A stretch of DNA of 62,214 nucleotides, counting the filler. It is 9 parts of 9 records of this genome, joined end to end, with 100 filler letters (N's around TTAATTAATTAA, not from the genome) between each part and the next. Parts side by side here need not be neighbours in the genome. Positions count along the whole stretch, not along the records: positions 7,076 to 17,409 come from SRR20825010_533; positions 17,510 to 23,943 come from SRR20825010_543; 7 more parts are not named here. One strand, written 5' to 3'. Below are positions 9,332 through 19,374 of this stretch, one piece after another. Each line of letters starts with the position of its first letter. Position 1 is the first letter of the stretch. The notes under the pieces were generated by a model. That model saw only the letters and a list, made by a program, of their open reading frames with translations. It made no database searches and was not told the DNA's origin. Made by a program: the position numbers and the translations under genes.

Positions 9332-10419
9332 TCTGGCTTCTCCTTGGTGTGTTGCTCATAGGTGCCGTGGCGCTTCTGTTCCGCAAGCCACAATCAGGTG
9401 CGACGGGTATCGATTCGGTCGGGCATTTCAAAGCACAGCTTGGCGAGCTGGAGGCAGATCAGGCACGCGGTTTGATTGACGACAAGGATGCCGCTGCCGC
9501 GAAGGTGGAGATTGAGCGCCGTCTGTTGCGCCGGTCAAAAGAAGGCGGCCCGCAGGCGGTGACGGACGGTGGTATGCGAGCCGTTATACCATACGCGGCG
9601 TTTGTGTTTTTGATATCCGCCACGATCTATTTTGTCATGGGGCGGCCAGATTTGCCCGCGAAACCCGGGTTTATTGCCAATAATCGCCAGATGCTGGTCG
9701 AAGAAGGTGGGCCTACCTACGGTGAAGCCTTGCGCGCGATCGAGAGCCATCTGGAAGATGCGCCCGATGATGTGCGCGGTTGGGATGTGTTGGCAAAATC
9801 CGCTCGGGCCATTCGTGACTATTCCCTTGCTGCCAATGCGTTTGCAGAGCTTGCGCGGCTTGAACCCAAGGAGCCAAAATGGCGGGTGCAGCAGCTGGAG
9901 GCCATGATGGGCATGGCAGACGGGCAGATTACGCCAGCGGCCCGGCTTGTGCTCGCGCGGTTGATGAGCGATGAACCAAACCACCCGGCAGGACAATATT
10001 ATATGGGCCTTGCTTACTTCCAGGCAGACGACGAGGACAAGGCGCGAGCAGTGTGGCTCGCACTTGCGGACCGCTCACCGGCTGACGCGCCGTGGATGGC
10101 ACCGTTGCGCGAACGACTGACAGTACTTGGTGAAAAACTGCCGTCGATTAGTGACGAGGAAATGGCGGCAGTCGCGGCCATGAGCGATGAGGACCGGGAA
10201 GCCTTCATCAAACAAATGATTGAACGGCTGGCGGCGCGGCTTGAAGCAAACCCGGGCGATGTAGACGGCTGGATGATGCTGGCCCGCTCGCAGCTCTCAA
10301 TGGGGGACCGGGAAAGCGCGATTGCGGCGCTTGAACGTGGTATTGCCCTGGTGGACGAGGCTGACAAGCCCACATTGAAAGCGTTTCTTGACAATGTGAG
10401 GGCTAACCCCGATCTTTAA
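9328..10419 (+). CDS. ccmI: Cytochrome c biogenesis protein CcmI (CycH), TPR-containing
   Basis: Two TMs, EIERRLL, TPR-like repeats (DVRGWDVLA, DVDGWMMLARS); follows ccmH. Confidence 0.88.
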   Translation: MIWLLLGVLLIGAVALLFRKPQSGATGIDSVGHFKAQLGELEADQARGLIDDKDAAAAKVEIERRLLRRSKEGGPQAVTDGGMRAVIPYAAFVFLISATIYFVMGRPDLPAKPGFIANNRQMLVEEGGPTYGEALRAIESHLEDAPDDVRGWDVLAKSARAIRDYSLAANAFAELARLEPKEPKWRVQQLEAMMGMADGQITPAARLVLARLMSDEPNHPAGQYYMGLAYFQADDEDKARAVWLALADRSPADAPWMAPLRERLTVLGEKLPSISDEEMAAVAAMSDEDREAFIKQMIERLAARLEANPGDVDGWMMLARSQLSMGDRESAIAALERGIALVDEADKPTLKAFLDNVRANPDL

Positions 10420-10540
10420 GACTCTGGTGAGGATTGCATATTATTATGCCATACTGAACCCGATCAACAGGCCCGAAGAACTCGTCGGCCTCAACCCAGC
10501 GCTTAAAAAGCCAGAATGTATAGTTCAGTGATCCTTGGCG

Positions 10541-10900
10541 ATGGTTGAAATCAACTCAAATGCTTCAGGTCTCCGTGCACAGTTGCAAGCGCAGCTACAG
10601 TCGGATACTGCCCGGCGCACAGCACGCGCAAGTGAAGATCAGGCGCAGCGTCCGCAGGATGTTGTCTCAAAGCGTGTCGATGAGCGCATTGGTGAGCGTA
10701 GTGAAGCAAACCGGCAGGCACCGGCGCAGCGGTCAAGCCGCAGCAATGATCTCTCAAATTCAAGAGAGCTTGTCGCAGCGGAAGAACGTGTCAATCAGCT
10801 GAATGCCAACAACCGTGAAGCTCCGATCGGGCGGACCTCTCAGCAAGCATCAAGCGGGCGTAATATCCCGCTTGGGCAAATTGTCGATATTCGGGTTTAG
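10541..10900 (+). CDS. Hypothetical low-complexity (Q/R/S/A-rich) protein
   Basis: Only sizeable ORF in the interval; ends PLGQIVDIRV; start 10535 or 10541. Confidence 0.65.
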   Translation: MVEINSNASGLRAQLQAQLQSDTARRTARASEDQAQRPQDVVSKRVDERIGERSEANRQAPAQRSSRSNDLSNSRELVAAEERVNQLNANNREAPIGRTSQQASSGRNIPLGQIVDIRV

Positions 10901-10976
10901 CCTATAAGGCCTTCGATGACAGTGCGTGCAGCCACTATTGGCTGGACGTTTTTAGCGCGTGCGCTAGGTTTAGCTC

Positions 10977-11504
10977 ATGGCAAACGCACCCGGCATCCCC
11001 GATCATTTTCACCGCAAGGTTCCAGAAGGCGACGAGCGCGAGCGGCTTGTCTGCAAAAGCTGTGGCTTCATTCACTATGAAAACCCGCGCATTATAGCGG
11101 GCGCCGTTGTTGAGCACGACGGCAAGATCCTTTTGTGCAAACGCGCCATATACCCGCAGAAAGGCCGATGGACCATTCCGGCAGGTTTTATGGAGCTGGG
11201 CGAAACGCCGGAAGAAGGCGCCATACGCGAAACCTATGAGGAAGCAACGGCCCGCATTCGTATCACAGACCTGTTGGCGGTCTATTCCGTCACGCATATC
11301 AGCCAAGTGCATATGATGTACCGCGCAACGCTCGAGAGCCCGGAATTTTCACCGGGGTCGGAGAGCCTTGAGGTTGGCTTGTTCGCATGGGATGAAATAC
11401 CGTGGGATGATCTTGCATTCCCAAGCGTGCACTGGGTGCTGGGGCACTACCGGCAGGTGGAAGGGCAAACCAATTTCGCGCCCTTCACCAACCCTAAGCC
11501 CTAA
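10977..11504 (+). CDS. NUDIX hydrolase with N-terminal zinc-ribbon remnant
   Basis: CKSCGFIHYENP; Nudix box GFMELGETPEEGAIRETYEE. Confidence 0.92.
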   Translation: MANAPGIPDHFHRKVPEGDERERLVCKSCGFIHYENPRIIAGAVVEHDGKILLCKRAIYPQKGRWTIPAGFMELGETPEEGAIRETYEEATARIRITDLLAVYSVTHISQVHMMYRATLESPEFSPGSESLEVGLFAWDEIPWDDLAFPSVHWVLGHYRQVEGQTNFAPFTNPKP

Positions 11505-12079
11505 ACGTCGCCGCCCTTCTCATCCTCGTCAGGCATATATTTCATCATCATCGGCATTTGCGCCATGATGAAGACAAAGGTCGCGCCCATATAGCCGAAG
11601 GTTTTGAAGTTCACCCAGAAGTCTGTGCTCTGCGTGCGCCAGATCAGCTCGTTCACCACGGCCATCACCACCAGAAACGCGACATAATTGCGGGTAAATT
11701 TACGCCAGCCTTCGTCGTCCATCTCGAACGCCAGTTCCATCACCATCTTGATATAAAGCCGCCCGGTCATGAGCCCGAACAGGAGCACGGCGGCGATCAG
11801 GCCGTTGACGACGGTAAGCTTCATTTTCACGAAGGTTTCGTCTTGCAGGTAAAGAGTTAAGCCGCCCATCACCATGACGATCACAAAAGTGACCTTGAGC
11901 ATGGGCGCAACGCTGCCTGTGATCACGCGGGAGGCGATCATGGCGATAACACTGGCCACCATGAAGGTGCCGGTGGCGAGGTAGATATCCCCAAGTTTGA
12001 AGCTGGCGAAAAACACAATCAAGGGGCCAAAGTCGATGGCGAGTTTCACCAGAGGGGATGTTGCTTTTTTATCAGCCAT
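11501..12079 (-). CDS. yciB: Inner membrane protein YciB (IspZ, septation protein A)
   Basis: DFGPL, GGLTL..QDETFVKMK, WVNFKTFG signatures. Confidence 0.9.
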   Translation of the reverse strand: MADKKATSPLVKLAIDFGPLIVFFASFKLGDIYLATGTFMVASVIAMIASRVITGSVAPMLKVTFVIVMVMGGLTLYLQDETFVKMKLTVVNGLIAAVLLFGLMTGRLYIKMVMELAFEMDDEGWRKFTRNYVAFLVVMAVVNELIWRTQSTDFWVNFKTFGYMGATFVFIMAQMPMMMKYMPDEDEKGGDV

Positions 12080-12191
12080 TGTGGTCACAAAACCTTTACT
12101 GGTAGGGTTTCCGGCCTTTCCGCACTTGCTGCATAAGATATGCCGTGGCTAGATGGCGGCCCTACCGAAACTACATTATCGGAAACCTGTT

Positions 12192-13496
12192 ATGCTGCAC
12201 CTTCTCAAGGATCGCAACTTTCTCTTCTACTGGCTTGGCCAATTTGTCTCTGTGATCGGAGATCATGTGAGCATGCTGGCCTTCCCGTGGCTGGTGTTGC
12301 AACTTACCGGAAGTGAGCTTTTGATGGGGCTGGTATTTGCGGCGCAGGGCTTGCCGCGTGCGGCGCTGATGCTTTGGGGCGGTGCCCTTGTTGACCGCAC
12401 GAATCCCCGTTCTGTGATGTTATGGACGAACCTTCTGCGGCTTATCCTTGTGATGGCGCTGTCATATCTCCTTTATATCGATTCCGTGACCATTGAAGTT
12501 GTGTTTGCCATGGCTATTGCCTTTGGTCTCGCGGACGCTTTCTTCTATCCGGCGACAACATCCATGGTGCCGAGCCTTGTGAAGGGCGAAGACCTGCAAA
12601 CAGGTAACTCGCTTGTGCAAACCAGCATGTGGCTGGGGGTTATTATTGGCCCGGTGATTGCTGGCGTGGTTATCGCGGGCGAAGCCACGACGGTGAGCCA
12701 CGCGCCACAGGAAGCGGGTGGCAGTTTTAATGAGGACCGCTTGGGCATCGCGCGGGCCTTCTTCCTCGACGGGCTGACCTTTGCGTTTTCATACCTCACG
12801 CTTCTGTTCGTTCGGGCCAGAACCTATGAGAAGGACGAAGGTGAGGCTGGTCAGTCCATGGCATCAGCCATTATGCAGGCCATAAAGTGGGTGTGGGCAA
12901 ACCCGTCTGTTCGGCTGGGTTTTATTGGTATCGCCATTCTGGAGATGTTTTTTCAGGCACCCATCTTTATCGGGCTGCCCGCGCTTGCGGACCTGCGCTT
13001 TGAAGAAGGCGCTTATGTCTATGGGCTCGAAATCGCAGCTTATGGCAGTGGTGCACTTCTGGGTGCGATTGCAGGCGGTATGCTCAAGTGGCCCAGGCCA
13101 GAGAATGTCGTGCGGGTGATGTTCCTCATTTTTACTTTCTCAGGTGCCACCATCGGCCTCATCGTGCTGTACCCACCCTATTGGTGGGCGATGCTGGTGT
13201 TTTTCATTGCGGGCTGCGGCGATAGTTATATCTGGGTGCATTTCACCACTTTCTTGCAGAAAGCAACGCCCGAAAAGCTGCTCGGCCGGGTGATGAGCAT
13301 CCTGATGTTCATGTCCGTGGGGTTGTTGCCAATCGCCAGCATCATCGCTGGTTTTGCCTTTGAATGGAATTTGGAACTGTCGCTGATGATTGCGTCCGGC
13401 GTCCTTGTGGTCTCCTGTCTTTTGGCAGCGGCGCATCCTTATGCTAAAGCAAAGGAAATTACAGGAAGCACTGAGCCAAAAGCGGCGGGAGAGTAG
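12192..13496 (+). CDS. MFS transporter (DHA3/EntS-like exporter)
   Basis: About 12 TM segments, GALVDRTNPR motif A, LLGRVMS; start 12153 or 12192. Confidence 0.87.
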   Translation: MLHLLKDRNFLFYWLGQFVSVIGDHVSMLAFPWLVLQLTGSELLMGLVFAAQGLPRAALMLWGGALVDRTNPRSVMLWTNLLRLILVMALSYLLYIDSVTIEVVFAMAIAFGLADAFFYPATTSMVPSLVKGEDLQTGNSLVQTSMWLGVIIGPVIAGVVIAGEATTVSHAPQEAGGSFNEDRLGIARAFFLDGLTFAFSYLTLLFVRARTYEKDEGEAGQSMASAIMQAIKWVWANPSVRLGFIGIAILEMFFQAPIFIGLPALADLRFEEGAYVYGLEIAAYGSGALLGAIAGGMLKWPRPENVVRVMFLIFTFSGATIGLIVLYPPYWWAMLVFFIAGCGDSYIWVHFTTFLQKATPEKLLGRVMSILMFMSVGLLPIASIIAGFAFEWNLELSLMIASGVLVVSCLLAAAHPYAKAKEITGSTEPKAAGE

Positions 13497-13501
13497 GGCG
13501 T

Positions 13502-14071
13502 ATGCGTGGGTATTTTGGTGTTGGCATTGATGGAGCCTCCAAAGAAGGCAATATGGGGAACCTGATCCGCACAGCCCACGCCTTTGGTGCATCTTTTGCG
13601 TTTGCGGTTAACCCGCGTGTGGTGGCGCACTCAGGCGAGGTTGTCACGGCGGATTTTGCAGACACCAGTAAAACCCACACTCAGATCCCGTTTTATAATT
13701 ATGAGAGTGCGGCAGAGGTGGACGTGCCGCAAGGCTGCCAACTGGTGGGTGTTGAGATCACGGATGACGCCGTGGACCTGCCAAGCTTTCGCCACCCAAC
13801 CCGCGCGGTGTATGTGCTGGGGGCGGAACGGGTAAGCCTGAGCGACGAGATGATCGCCAGATGCGCCCATGTGATCAAAATCCCGACAAAGTTCAGTCTT
13901 AACGTGGCGACAGCCGGTGCTATAGTCATGTATGACAGGTTAAGGGTTTTGGGTGGATATGCGGAACGACCCGTTATGGCGGGGCAAGCGCCTATTGAGA
14001 AGGCGGCGCATGTACACGGTGGCCGCTTTAGCCGACTGGAGCGCCGTGCGCGGCGCGGCGAGACCGAGTAA
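13502..14071 (+). CDS. TrmH/SpoU-family RNA methyltransferase
   Basis: NMGNLIRTAHAFG, VLGAE, SLNVATAGAIVMYDR. Confidence 0.9.
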   Translation: MRGYFGVGIDGASKEGNMGNLIRTAHAFGASFAFAVNPRVVAHSGEVVTADFADTSKTHTQIPFYNYESAAEVDVPQGCQLVGVEITDDAVDLPSFRHPTRAVYVLGAERVSLSDEMIARCAHVIKIPTKFSLNVATAGAIVMYDRLRVLGGYAERPVMAGQAPIEKAAHVHGGRFSRLERRARRGETE

Positions 14072-14130
14072 TCGCAAGGTAATGCGAAAAGGGGGCTTCT
14101 ATAGCCCAAAGGGACAAAAACGAGGACCGT

Positions 14131-14655
14131 ATGCGACTTTCTTTTTTGCTCATCAGTGTGTTGGCAGCATCCTGTGTTTTGAGTGCAAGCGCCGAAGCTC
14201 AGGGAAAACCGAGGCTGCTCGGCAGTTATAGGGATTGGGACGCCATGACCGGCACAGACGGTAGTGGCGGAAAAACCTGCTACATCATCTCCAGCCCGAA
14301 AAAGAGCGTGGCCAGCAAGCGCAATGCAACACGCGGCCAGATTTATATGACGGTCACCCACCGGCCTGCGTTTGGGGTCACGGGTGAGGTTAACGCTGTG
14401 GTGGGTTACCCGATCCGCCGGGGCAGCGAAGCCAATATCTCAATCGATGGCAGGCATCAGTTCCAGTTCTTCACCGAAGGGCCGGGCGCCTGGGCGTATG
14501 ACCCGAAGGAAGATGCTGCGGCCGTAAGCGCCATGAAGGCGGGGGTAAACCTGATTGTGAAAGCCACCAGCCAGCGCGGCACCGACACAACTGATACCTA
14601 TTCGCTCTCCGGCTTTACAGCGGCTTATAATGCCATTTCAAAAGCCTGCCGGTAA
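14131..14655 (+). CDS. Invasion-associated locus B (IalB)-like periplasmic protein
   Basis: Signal peptide, Y.DW...C, AMKAG, YSLSGFTAA...C terminus. Confidence 0.75.
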   Translation: MRLSFLLISVLAASCVLSASAEAQGKPRLLGSYRDWDAMTGTDGSGGKTCYIISSPKKSVASKRNATRGQIYMTVTHRPAFGVTGEVNAVVGYPIRRGSEANISIDGRHQFQFFTEGPGAWAYDPKEDAAAVSAMKAGVNLIVKATSQRGTDTTDTYSLSGFTAAYNAISKACR

Positions 14656-14661
14656 CAGGGG

Positions 14662-15498
14662 ATGGAAATGCTGAAGCGCGCCTTTGTTGCGGGTGTAATG
14701 GCTTTAAGTCCCGCGAGCGCGTCGGCTGAGGGGGTGAAGCTATGCCATATCGCGAACTCGGGCTTTCTGGCTGAAGGCCGCATGAGCGCTGTGCTTTTTG
14801 ATGCGGCGCGGCTTGTTGATACCTATGACGGTGATTATGCGATGCCGAGCAGGGGACTGGTGGACGATATGATCCATGGCCGCGGTGCGTTTGAGCATGT
14901 GACGCTCGCGCTTGTCAGCCACAACCATAATGACCATTTTGACCCCGTTGGTACTTTGAAGCACCTCAGGGGCAACAAGCGTGTGCACTATGTTATGCCA
15001 CCCGAAGCGTTTGAAATGCTCAACCACCTAACGGAAGACGAGGCCGCGAGGGTGCATGTTGTGCTGCCAGATTGGGACGCAGGGCCGGTTACCAACCAGT
15101 TTGGTGATGTGACGGTGGAGGCCTACCGAGTAAGCCACGGCGAGGGTGGCCCGCAAAATATCGGCTACCGGGTGTCGCTTGACGGTGTGCGCATTTTCCA
15201 CACCGGCGATATCGCTGCTGACAAGGAAAGCCTTACCCGGGCAGGGCTCAGGCAAACCGAAGCCGATGTGATGCTTATGCCTTTCTGGTACGGCCTGAAT
15301 AACGCTGAGCAGAACGAAGCGATCCTGAGCGCGTGGCAGGTTGGCACTATGGTGCCCATGCATTTTGCGCCCATGGAAGAGCGCTGGATGCAGGAATACG
15401 GCGGTTTTGACATGCTGATAAAGCACGTACACGACCAGTGGCCCAATTCCCGCAAGGTGCTGGGTGAGATGGCGTGTGAAAGCTTTAGTGCTAACTAG
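14662..15498 (+). CDS. Secreted MBL-fold metallo-hydrolase
   Basis: Signal peptide; SHNHNDH (HxHxDH), HTGD, PMH motifs. Confidence 0.85.
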   Translation: MEMLKRAFVAGVMALSPASASAEGVKLCHIANSGFLAEGRMSAVLFDAARLVDTYDGDYAMPSRGLVDDMIHGRGAFEHVTLALVSHNHNDHFDPVGTLKHLRGNKRVHYVMPPEAFEMLNHLTEDEAARVHVVLPDWDAGPVTNQFGDVTVEAYRVSHGEGGPQNIGYRVSLDGVRIFHTGDIAADKESLTRAGLRQTEADVMLMPFWYGLNNAEQNEAILSAWQVGTMVPMHFAPMEERWMQEYGGFDMLIKHVHDQWPNSRKVLGEMACESFSAN

Positions 15499-15549
15499 TT
15501 GTATGAATGCACGGTATGTGTTGTCCTGACACAACAAGAGGGGGGACAC

Positions 15550-16080
15550 ATGACACGATTGATTTCATTATTGACTGTTGGCTGCATGCTTATGGTTGTC
15601 GCGCCAGTTTGGGCAGAGGACGAGCATCCGTCATATGTTGGCGTTTATAAAAAAACGGCCGAGGACAAGGCCGCGATAGAGAAGGTGATCTCGGATTTCC
15701 AACGTGCGATCCGCGATAAAGACAAAGAGCTCCTTAAGTCGCTTTTCATGCACGAAGATATTCTCTTCATCTCCCCGCCCACGCAGGATGTGATCGATAT
15801 GGTGCGAGAGCGTGACGCTGACTTCATGAGAAGTCATCCGTCCCAACAGGCGAACATCACGCTCGGTTTCATGATCACTGAAGATCAGGACAATGAAGAG
15901 CGCTTCTATAACGTGGAGATCAAGCAGGATGGCACCTTTGCCCTCGTGCATTTCGACTATGATTTTGTAACCGACGGCACGCCGACCAACTACGGCTTTG
16001 AAGTGTGGAATATGTTCAAGATTGATGGCGATTGGCGGATTGCCAGCGTGACCTGGTCTTATAATCCGCTAACGAAGTAA
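15550..16080 (+). CDS. Secreted NTF2-like/SnoaL-fold protein
   Basis: GAGGGGG RBS, signal peptide, C-terminal KIDGDWRIASVTWS typical of NTF2-like folds. Confidence 0.7.
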   Translation: MTRLISLLTVGCMLMVVAPVWAEDEHPSYVGVYKKTAEDKAAIEKVISDFQRAIRDKDKELLKSLFMHEDILFISPPTQDVIDMVRERDADFMRSHPSQQANITLGFMITEDQDNEERFYNVEIKQDGTFALVHFDYDFVTDGTPTNYGFEVWNMFKIDGDWRIASVTWSYNPLTK

Positions 16081-16081
16081 C

Positions 16082-16834
16082 CTATAGAGTCAGTATTTTT
16101 CCGACCCAACCGGCTTCTGCGTTTGTTGCGTAAACAATGGCCTCTCGCGTGTCGTCGATTACCGCAACCTGCTTACCGCCCGGTGCCCAGATCGCACTGC
16201 CGCCCGGTGGGATGTAATCACCGCTTTTGGTGGCGTAGTTCGAGAGCATTACGGCCATCTTGTGGTCGCGCGCATACCCTTCCAGCATCTTGGCTTCGCG
16301 GTTATACCCTGTCTCGGTTATCAGCGCGCTGGCGGCATAGAGATCCGCCCCGCTTTCAGCGACGCGCGCTATGTGGCTCGGATGATTGAGATCGGCGCAG
16401 ATGGCGAGGCCGAGCTTTACGTCTTTATGTTCAACTAGCCCCACCTTGTCGTCGGGCTGGAAGTAGGGTGCTTCGCTATCATGCACATGTACCTTGTGGT
16501 AGGCTTCAGGCTCAGCGCCACCAAGAATAACCGAGCCCAGATAGGGTTTCCCAGAGGACGCCTTGAGCGGCATGCCAACCATCACGCGCATATTATGCTG
16601 GGCAGCCAGGCTCTGGAGCGGGTGGAACATTGGGTCATCCGGCGTGGTTTGCAGCTCTTTCGCCAGATCCATCTCATAGCCGGTGACGGAAAGTTCCGGA
16701 AACACCAGAAAATCCACGCCCGCGCCTGCAGCAAGCTCTGTCATGCGCATATGGGTATTGAGGTTGGCGCTTATATCCCCGCGCTTTGCAGCATATTGTG
16801 CGGCGGCGATGGTGTATCCATAAGGTATGGGCAT
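16082..16834 (-). CDS. Carbon-nitrogen hydrolase (nitrilase superfamily)
   Basis: Glu-Lys-Cys triad: VFPELS, YHKVH, AICAD. Confidence 0.88.
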   Translation of the reverse strand: MPIPYGYTIAAAQYAAKRGDISANLNTHMRMTELAAGAGVDFLVFPELSVTGYEMDLAKELQTTPDDPMFHPLQSLAAQHNMRVMVGMPLKASSGKPYLGSVILGGAEPEAYHKVHVHDSEAPYFQPDDKVGLVEHKDVKLGLAICADLNHPSHIARVAESGADLYAASALITETGYNREAKMLEGYARDHKMAVMLSNYATKSGDYIPPGGSAIWAPGGKQVAVIDDTREAIVYATNAEAGWVGKILTL

Positions 16835-17028
16835 GGCTGAAAATCCTGAGCAAAAGCATCTGTGCAAACCATATGAAGGCGCACCTTTAGGGTCAATCAC
16901 CCTTCTTTACAACTTGGCGTGAGGGGCGTATAAGCCGCGCCATATTAACCCGCACCGTGGTGGAACGCCGTGGTTGCCCGAAACGCCCTGGCGCCGAGCT
17001 GCAAACGGCAAAAGGCAGGAGTATAAAG

Positions 17029-17409
17029 ATGCAGATTACCCCGAACGGCCACGAGCCGATCGTTTCCCCACGCGTTGACGCCCCCGCTGGCAAGCTGAAT
17101 ATCCTTGGTCTTGATCGGGCCGAGCTTAAAGCCGCTATTGCCGAGATTGGCGTGCCCGAAAAGCAGGTGAAAATGCGCTCGAGCCAGGTTTGGCACTGGG
17201 TCTACCACCGAGGTGTTACCTCGTTTGATGATATGAGCAATGTCTCAAAAGACGTGCGGGCAAAGCTCGCAGAGCATTTCATCATTGAGCGCCCCGAGAT
17301 TGTGGAAGCACAATATTCAAACGACGGTACGCGCAAGTACCTCATCCGCTTTGCGGACGGTAACGAGGCTGAGACGGTTTATATCCCCGAGGAAGACCGC
17401 GGCACGCTT
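17029..17409 (+). CDS. rlmN: Dual-specificity RNA methyltransferase RlmN, 3'-truncated
   Basis: [12 protein letters not shown]...[32 protein letters not shown]. Confidence 0.9.
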
Positions 17410-17509
17410 NNNNNNNNNNNNNNNNNNNNNNNNNNNNNNNNNNNNNNNNNNNNTTAATTAATTAANNNNNNNNNNNNNNNNNNNNNNNNNNNNNNNNNNN
17501 NNNNNNNNN
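17410..17509. other. Artificial contig spacer
   Basis: N44-TTAATTAATTAA-N44. Confidence 0.98.
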
Positions 17510-17613
17510 CGGAAAATGCTGAAACTTTCGTAATGTGGGCCGCATTCTGTTGCAAAAGGGCGACATTTGTCCAGCCAAGTTTGCTGTCCAATCCCCCTAA
17601 AAGCCGAATTTTC

Positions 17614-18393
17614 TCAAGCAGGCTCGCCACTTATGGGTTCCACGCCGAATCCCTTGAGAAGCGCCAGCGTCTCGCCCGCCACCTCGTCCAGCTCCCCCTC
17701 GTCAATGCCACGCATGACGATACTCGTGCCGAAAACCTTGCCTCGATAATAGGGATAGGAGCCTATTCCCACCTCAGGGAATCGCTTTTGTAGCTCCCCC
17801 AGCTTCTCGGCAATCGTGCCCTCGCCAATCTGTGCGCTCACCGTGCGGCTTTGCATGGTCGCGCCACCTTCAAGACGCGGCGTCAAAGCGTCCATCATGA
17901 CCTGCATAACCATTGGCACACCGGCCATCACGAACACATTGCCGATCTGGAAGCCCGGCGCCTTGCTCAGACTGTTAGAGATCAGGCTCGCGGTTTCAGG
18001 TATCCGCGCCATACGCTTGCGCGCATCGGTAAACTCGCCACCGGTCTCTTTATAATGAGCCTCTAGAATACTCATGGCCTCGGGATGGTGGCCAATGGCC
18101 ACACCGAACGCCTTGGCCATAGCATCAGCCGTGATGTCATCATGGGTCGGCCCGATACCACCGGTCGTGAACACATAATCATAGCGCGCCCGCACCTCGT
18201 TCACGGTCGCGACAATCGTCTCTTCAATATCGGGGATCACGCGGGCTTCACGCACCTGCACCCCGATCTGGTTGAGATGTTTGGCGATATAGCCAAGGTT
18301 CGCATCCCTTGTGCGGCCCGACAGCACCTCGTCACCGATCAGCAAAACACAGGCGGTCACAAGCTTTGAGGGTTTGGCAGCAACGGCAGACAT
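17614..18393 (-). CDS. CinA-like/molybdopterin-binding domain protein
   Basis: IGDEVLSGRTRDAN, TGGIGPTHDDIT, MAGVP. Confidence 0.88.
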   Translation of the reverse strand: MSAVAAKPSKLVTACVLLIGDEVLSGRTRDANLGYIAKHLNQIGVQVREARVIPDIEETIVATVNEVRARYDYVFTTGGIGPTHDDITADAMAKAFGVAIGHHPEAMSILEAHYKETGGEFTDARKRMARIPETASLISNSLSKAPGFQIGNVFVMAGVPMVMQVMMDALTPRLEGGATMQSRTVSAQIGEGTIAEKLGELQKRFPEVGIGSYPYYRGKVFGTSIVMRGIDEGELDEVAGETLALLKGFGVEPISGEPA

Positions 18394-18540
18394 TCAAAAG
18401 ACCTATATGCAAGGGAAGAAACCGGACAGGGCAGATTGCAATCACTCTAACGCCCCCGATGATCCCCGCCTAGGCATATGCGCCAAGAGGCACTATGTTA
18501 GGCACTTCCTTGCATAAATCGGCCAGAATTCGGACTTTCC

Positions 18541-19362
18541 ATGACCTATATCGATGCCCAGACCGCCCCGGCGCGCAACACCGGCCAAATGAAGCTCTAC
18601 GGGCCGGAAGGCTTTGCAGGCATGCGCAAGGTCGGGCATCTGGCAGGCTCGGCGCTCGATATGCTGACCGAACTCATCAAGCCGGGCGTCACCACTGACG
18701 AAATCGATCGCGCCGTATATCAGTTCGGCCTCGATCACGGTGCCTTGCCCGCCACGCTTGGCTATCGCGGCTATCGCCATTCCTGCTGCACCTCCATCAA
18801 TCATGTTGTCTGCCACGGCATCCCCTCGGATCGTGTGCTGCGCGACGGCGACATCGTCAATGTGGACGTGACCTATATTCTCGACGGCTGGCACGGCGAC
18901 ACGAACCGCATGTATTATGTCGGCAATGTTCCGCGCAAAGCCACGCGTCTCTGCGAAGTCACCTACGAGGCCATGATGCGCGGCATTGCCGCCGTAAAGC
19001 CCGGTGCCACGCTCGGCGACATTGGCTATGCCATCCAGTCCTATGCCGAGGGCGAGCGCTGCTCAGTTGTGCGCGAATTCTGCGGCCATGGCGTCGGCCT
19101 CGTCTTCCACGACATGCCCAACATCCTGCACTATGGCCGAAAAGGCGAAGGTGCAAAGCTCAAGGAAGGCATGTTCTTCACCATCGAGCCAATGATCAAC
19201 ACAGGCAAGCCCGGCGTCAAAATCCTCGCCGATGGCTGGACCGCCGTCACGCGTGACCGCTCGCTATCGGCCCAGTTCGAACACTCCATCGGTGTCACAG
19301 CAGATGGCGCGGAAATTTTCACAAGATCACCGGCAGGCCTCGACTGCCCGCCCTATTCCTGA
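18541..19362 (+). CDS. map: Type I methionine aminopeptidase
   Basis: VVCHGIP, DVT, HGDT, GHGVG..FH, TIEPM, SAQFEH. Confidence 0.96.
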   Translation: MTYIDAQTAPARNTGQMKLYGPEGFAGMRKVGHLAGSALDMLTELIKPGVTTDEIDRAVYQFGLDHGALPATLGYRGYRHSCCTSINHVVCHGIPSDRVLRDGDIVNVDVTYILDGWHGDTNRMYYVGNVPRKATRLCEVTYEAMMRGIAAVKPGATLGDIGYAIQSYAEGERCSVVREFCGHGVGLVFHDMPNILHYGRKGEGAKLKEGMFFTIEPMINTGKPGVKILADGWTAVTRDRSLSAQFEHSIGVTADGAEIFTRSPAGLDCPPYS

Positions 19363-19374
19363 TCCAGACGCCCA

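Noticed and set aside
14662..15498. MBL-fold protein as a beta-lactamase resistance gene
   Set aside because: HxHxDH alone only shows superfamily membership; no class B beta-lactamase-specific features recognised
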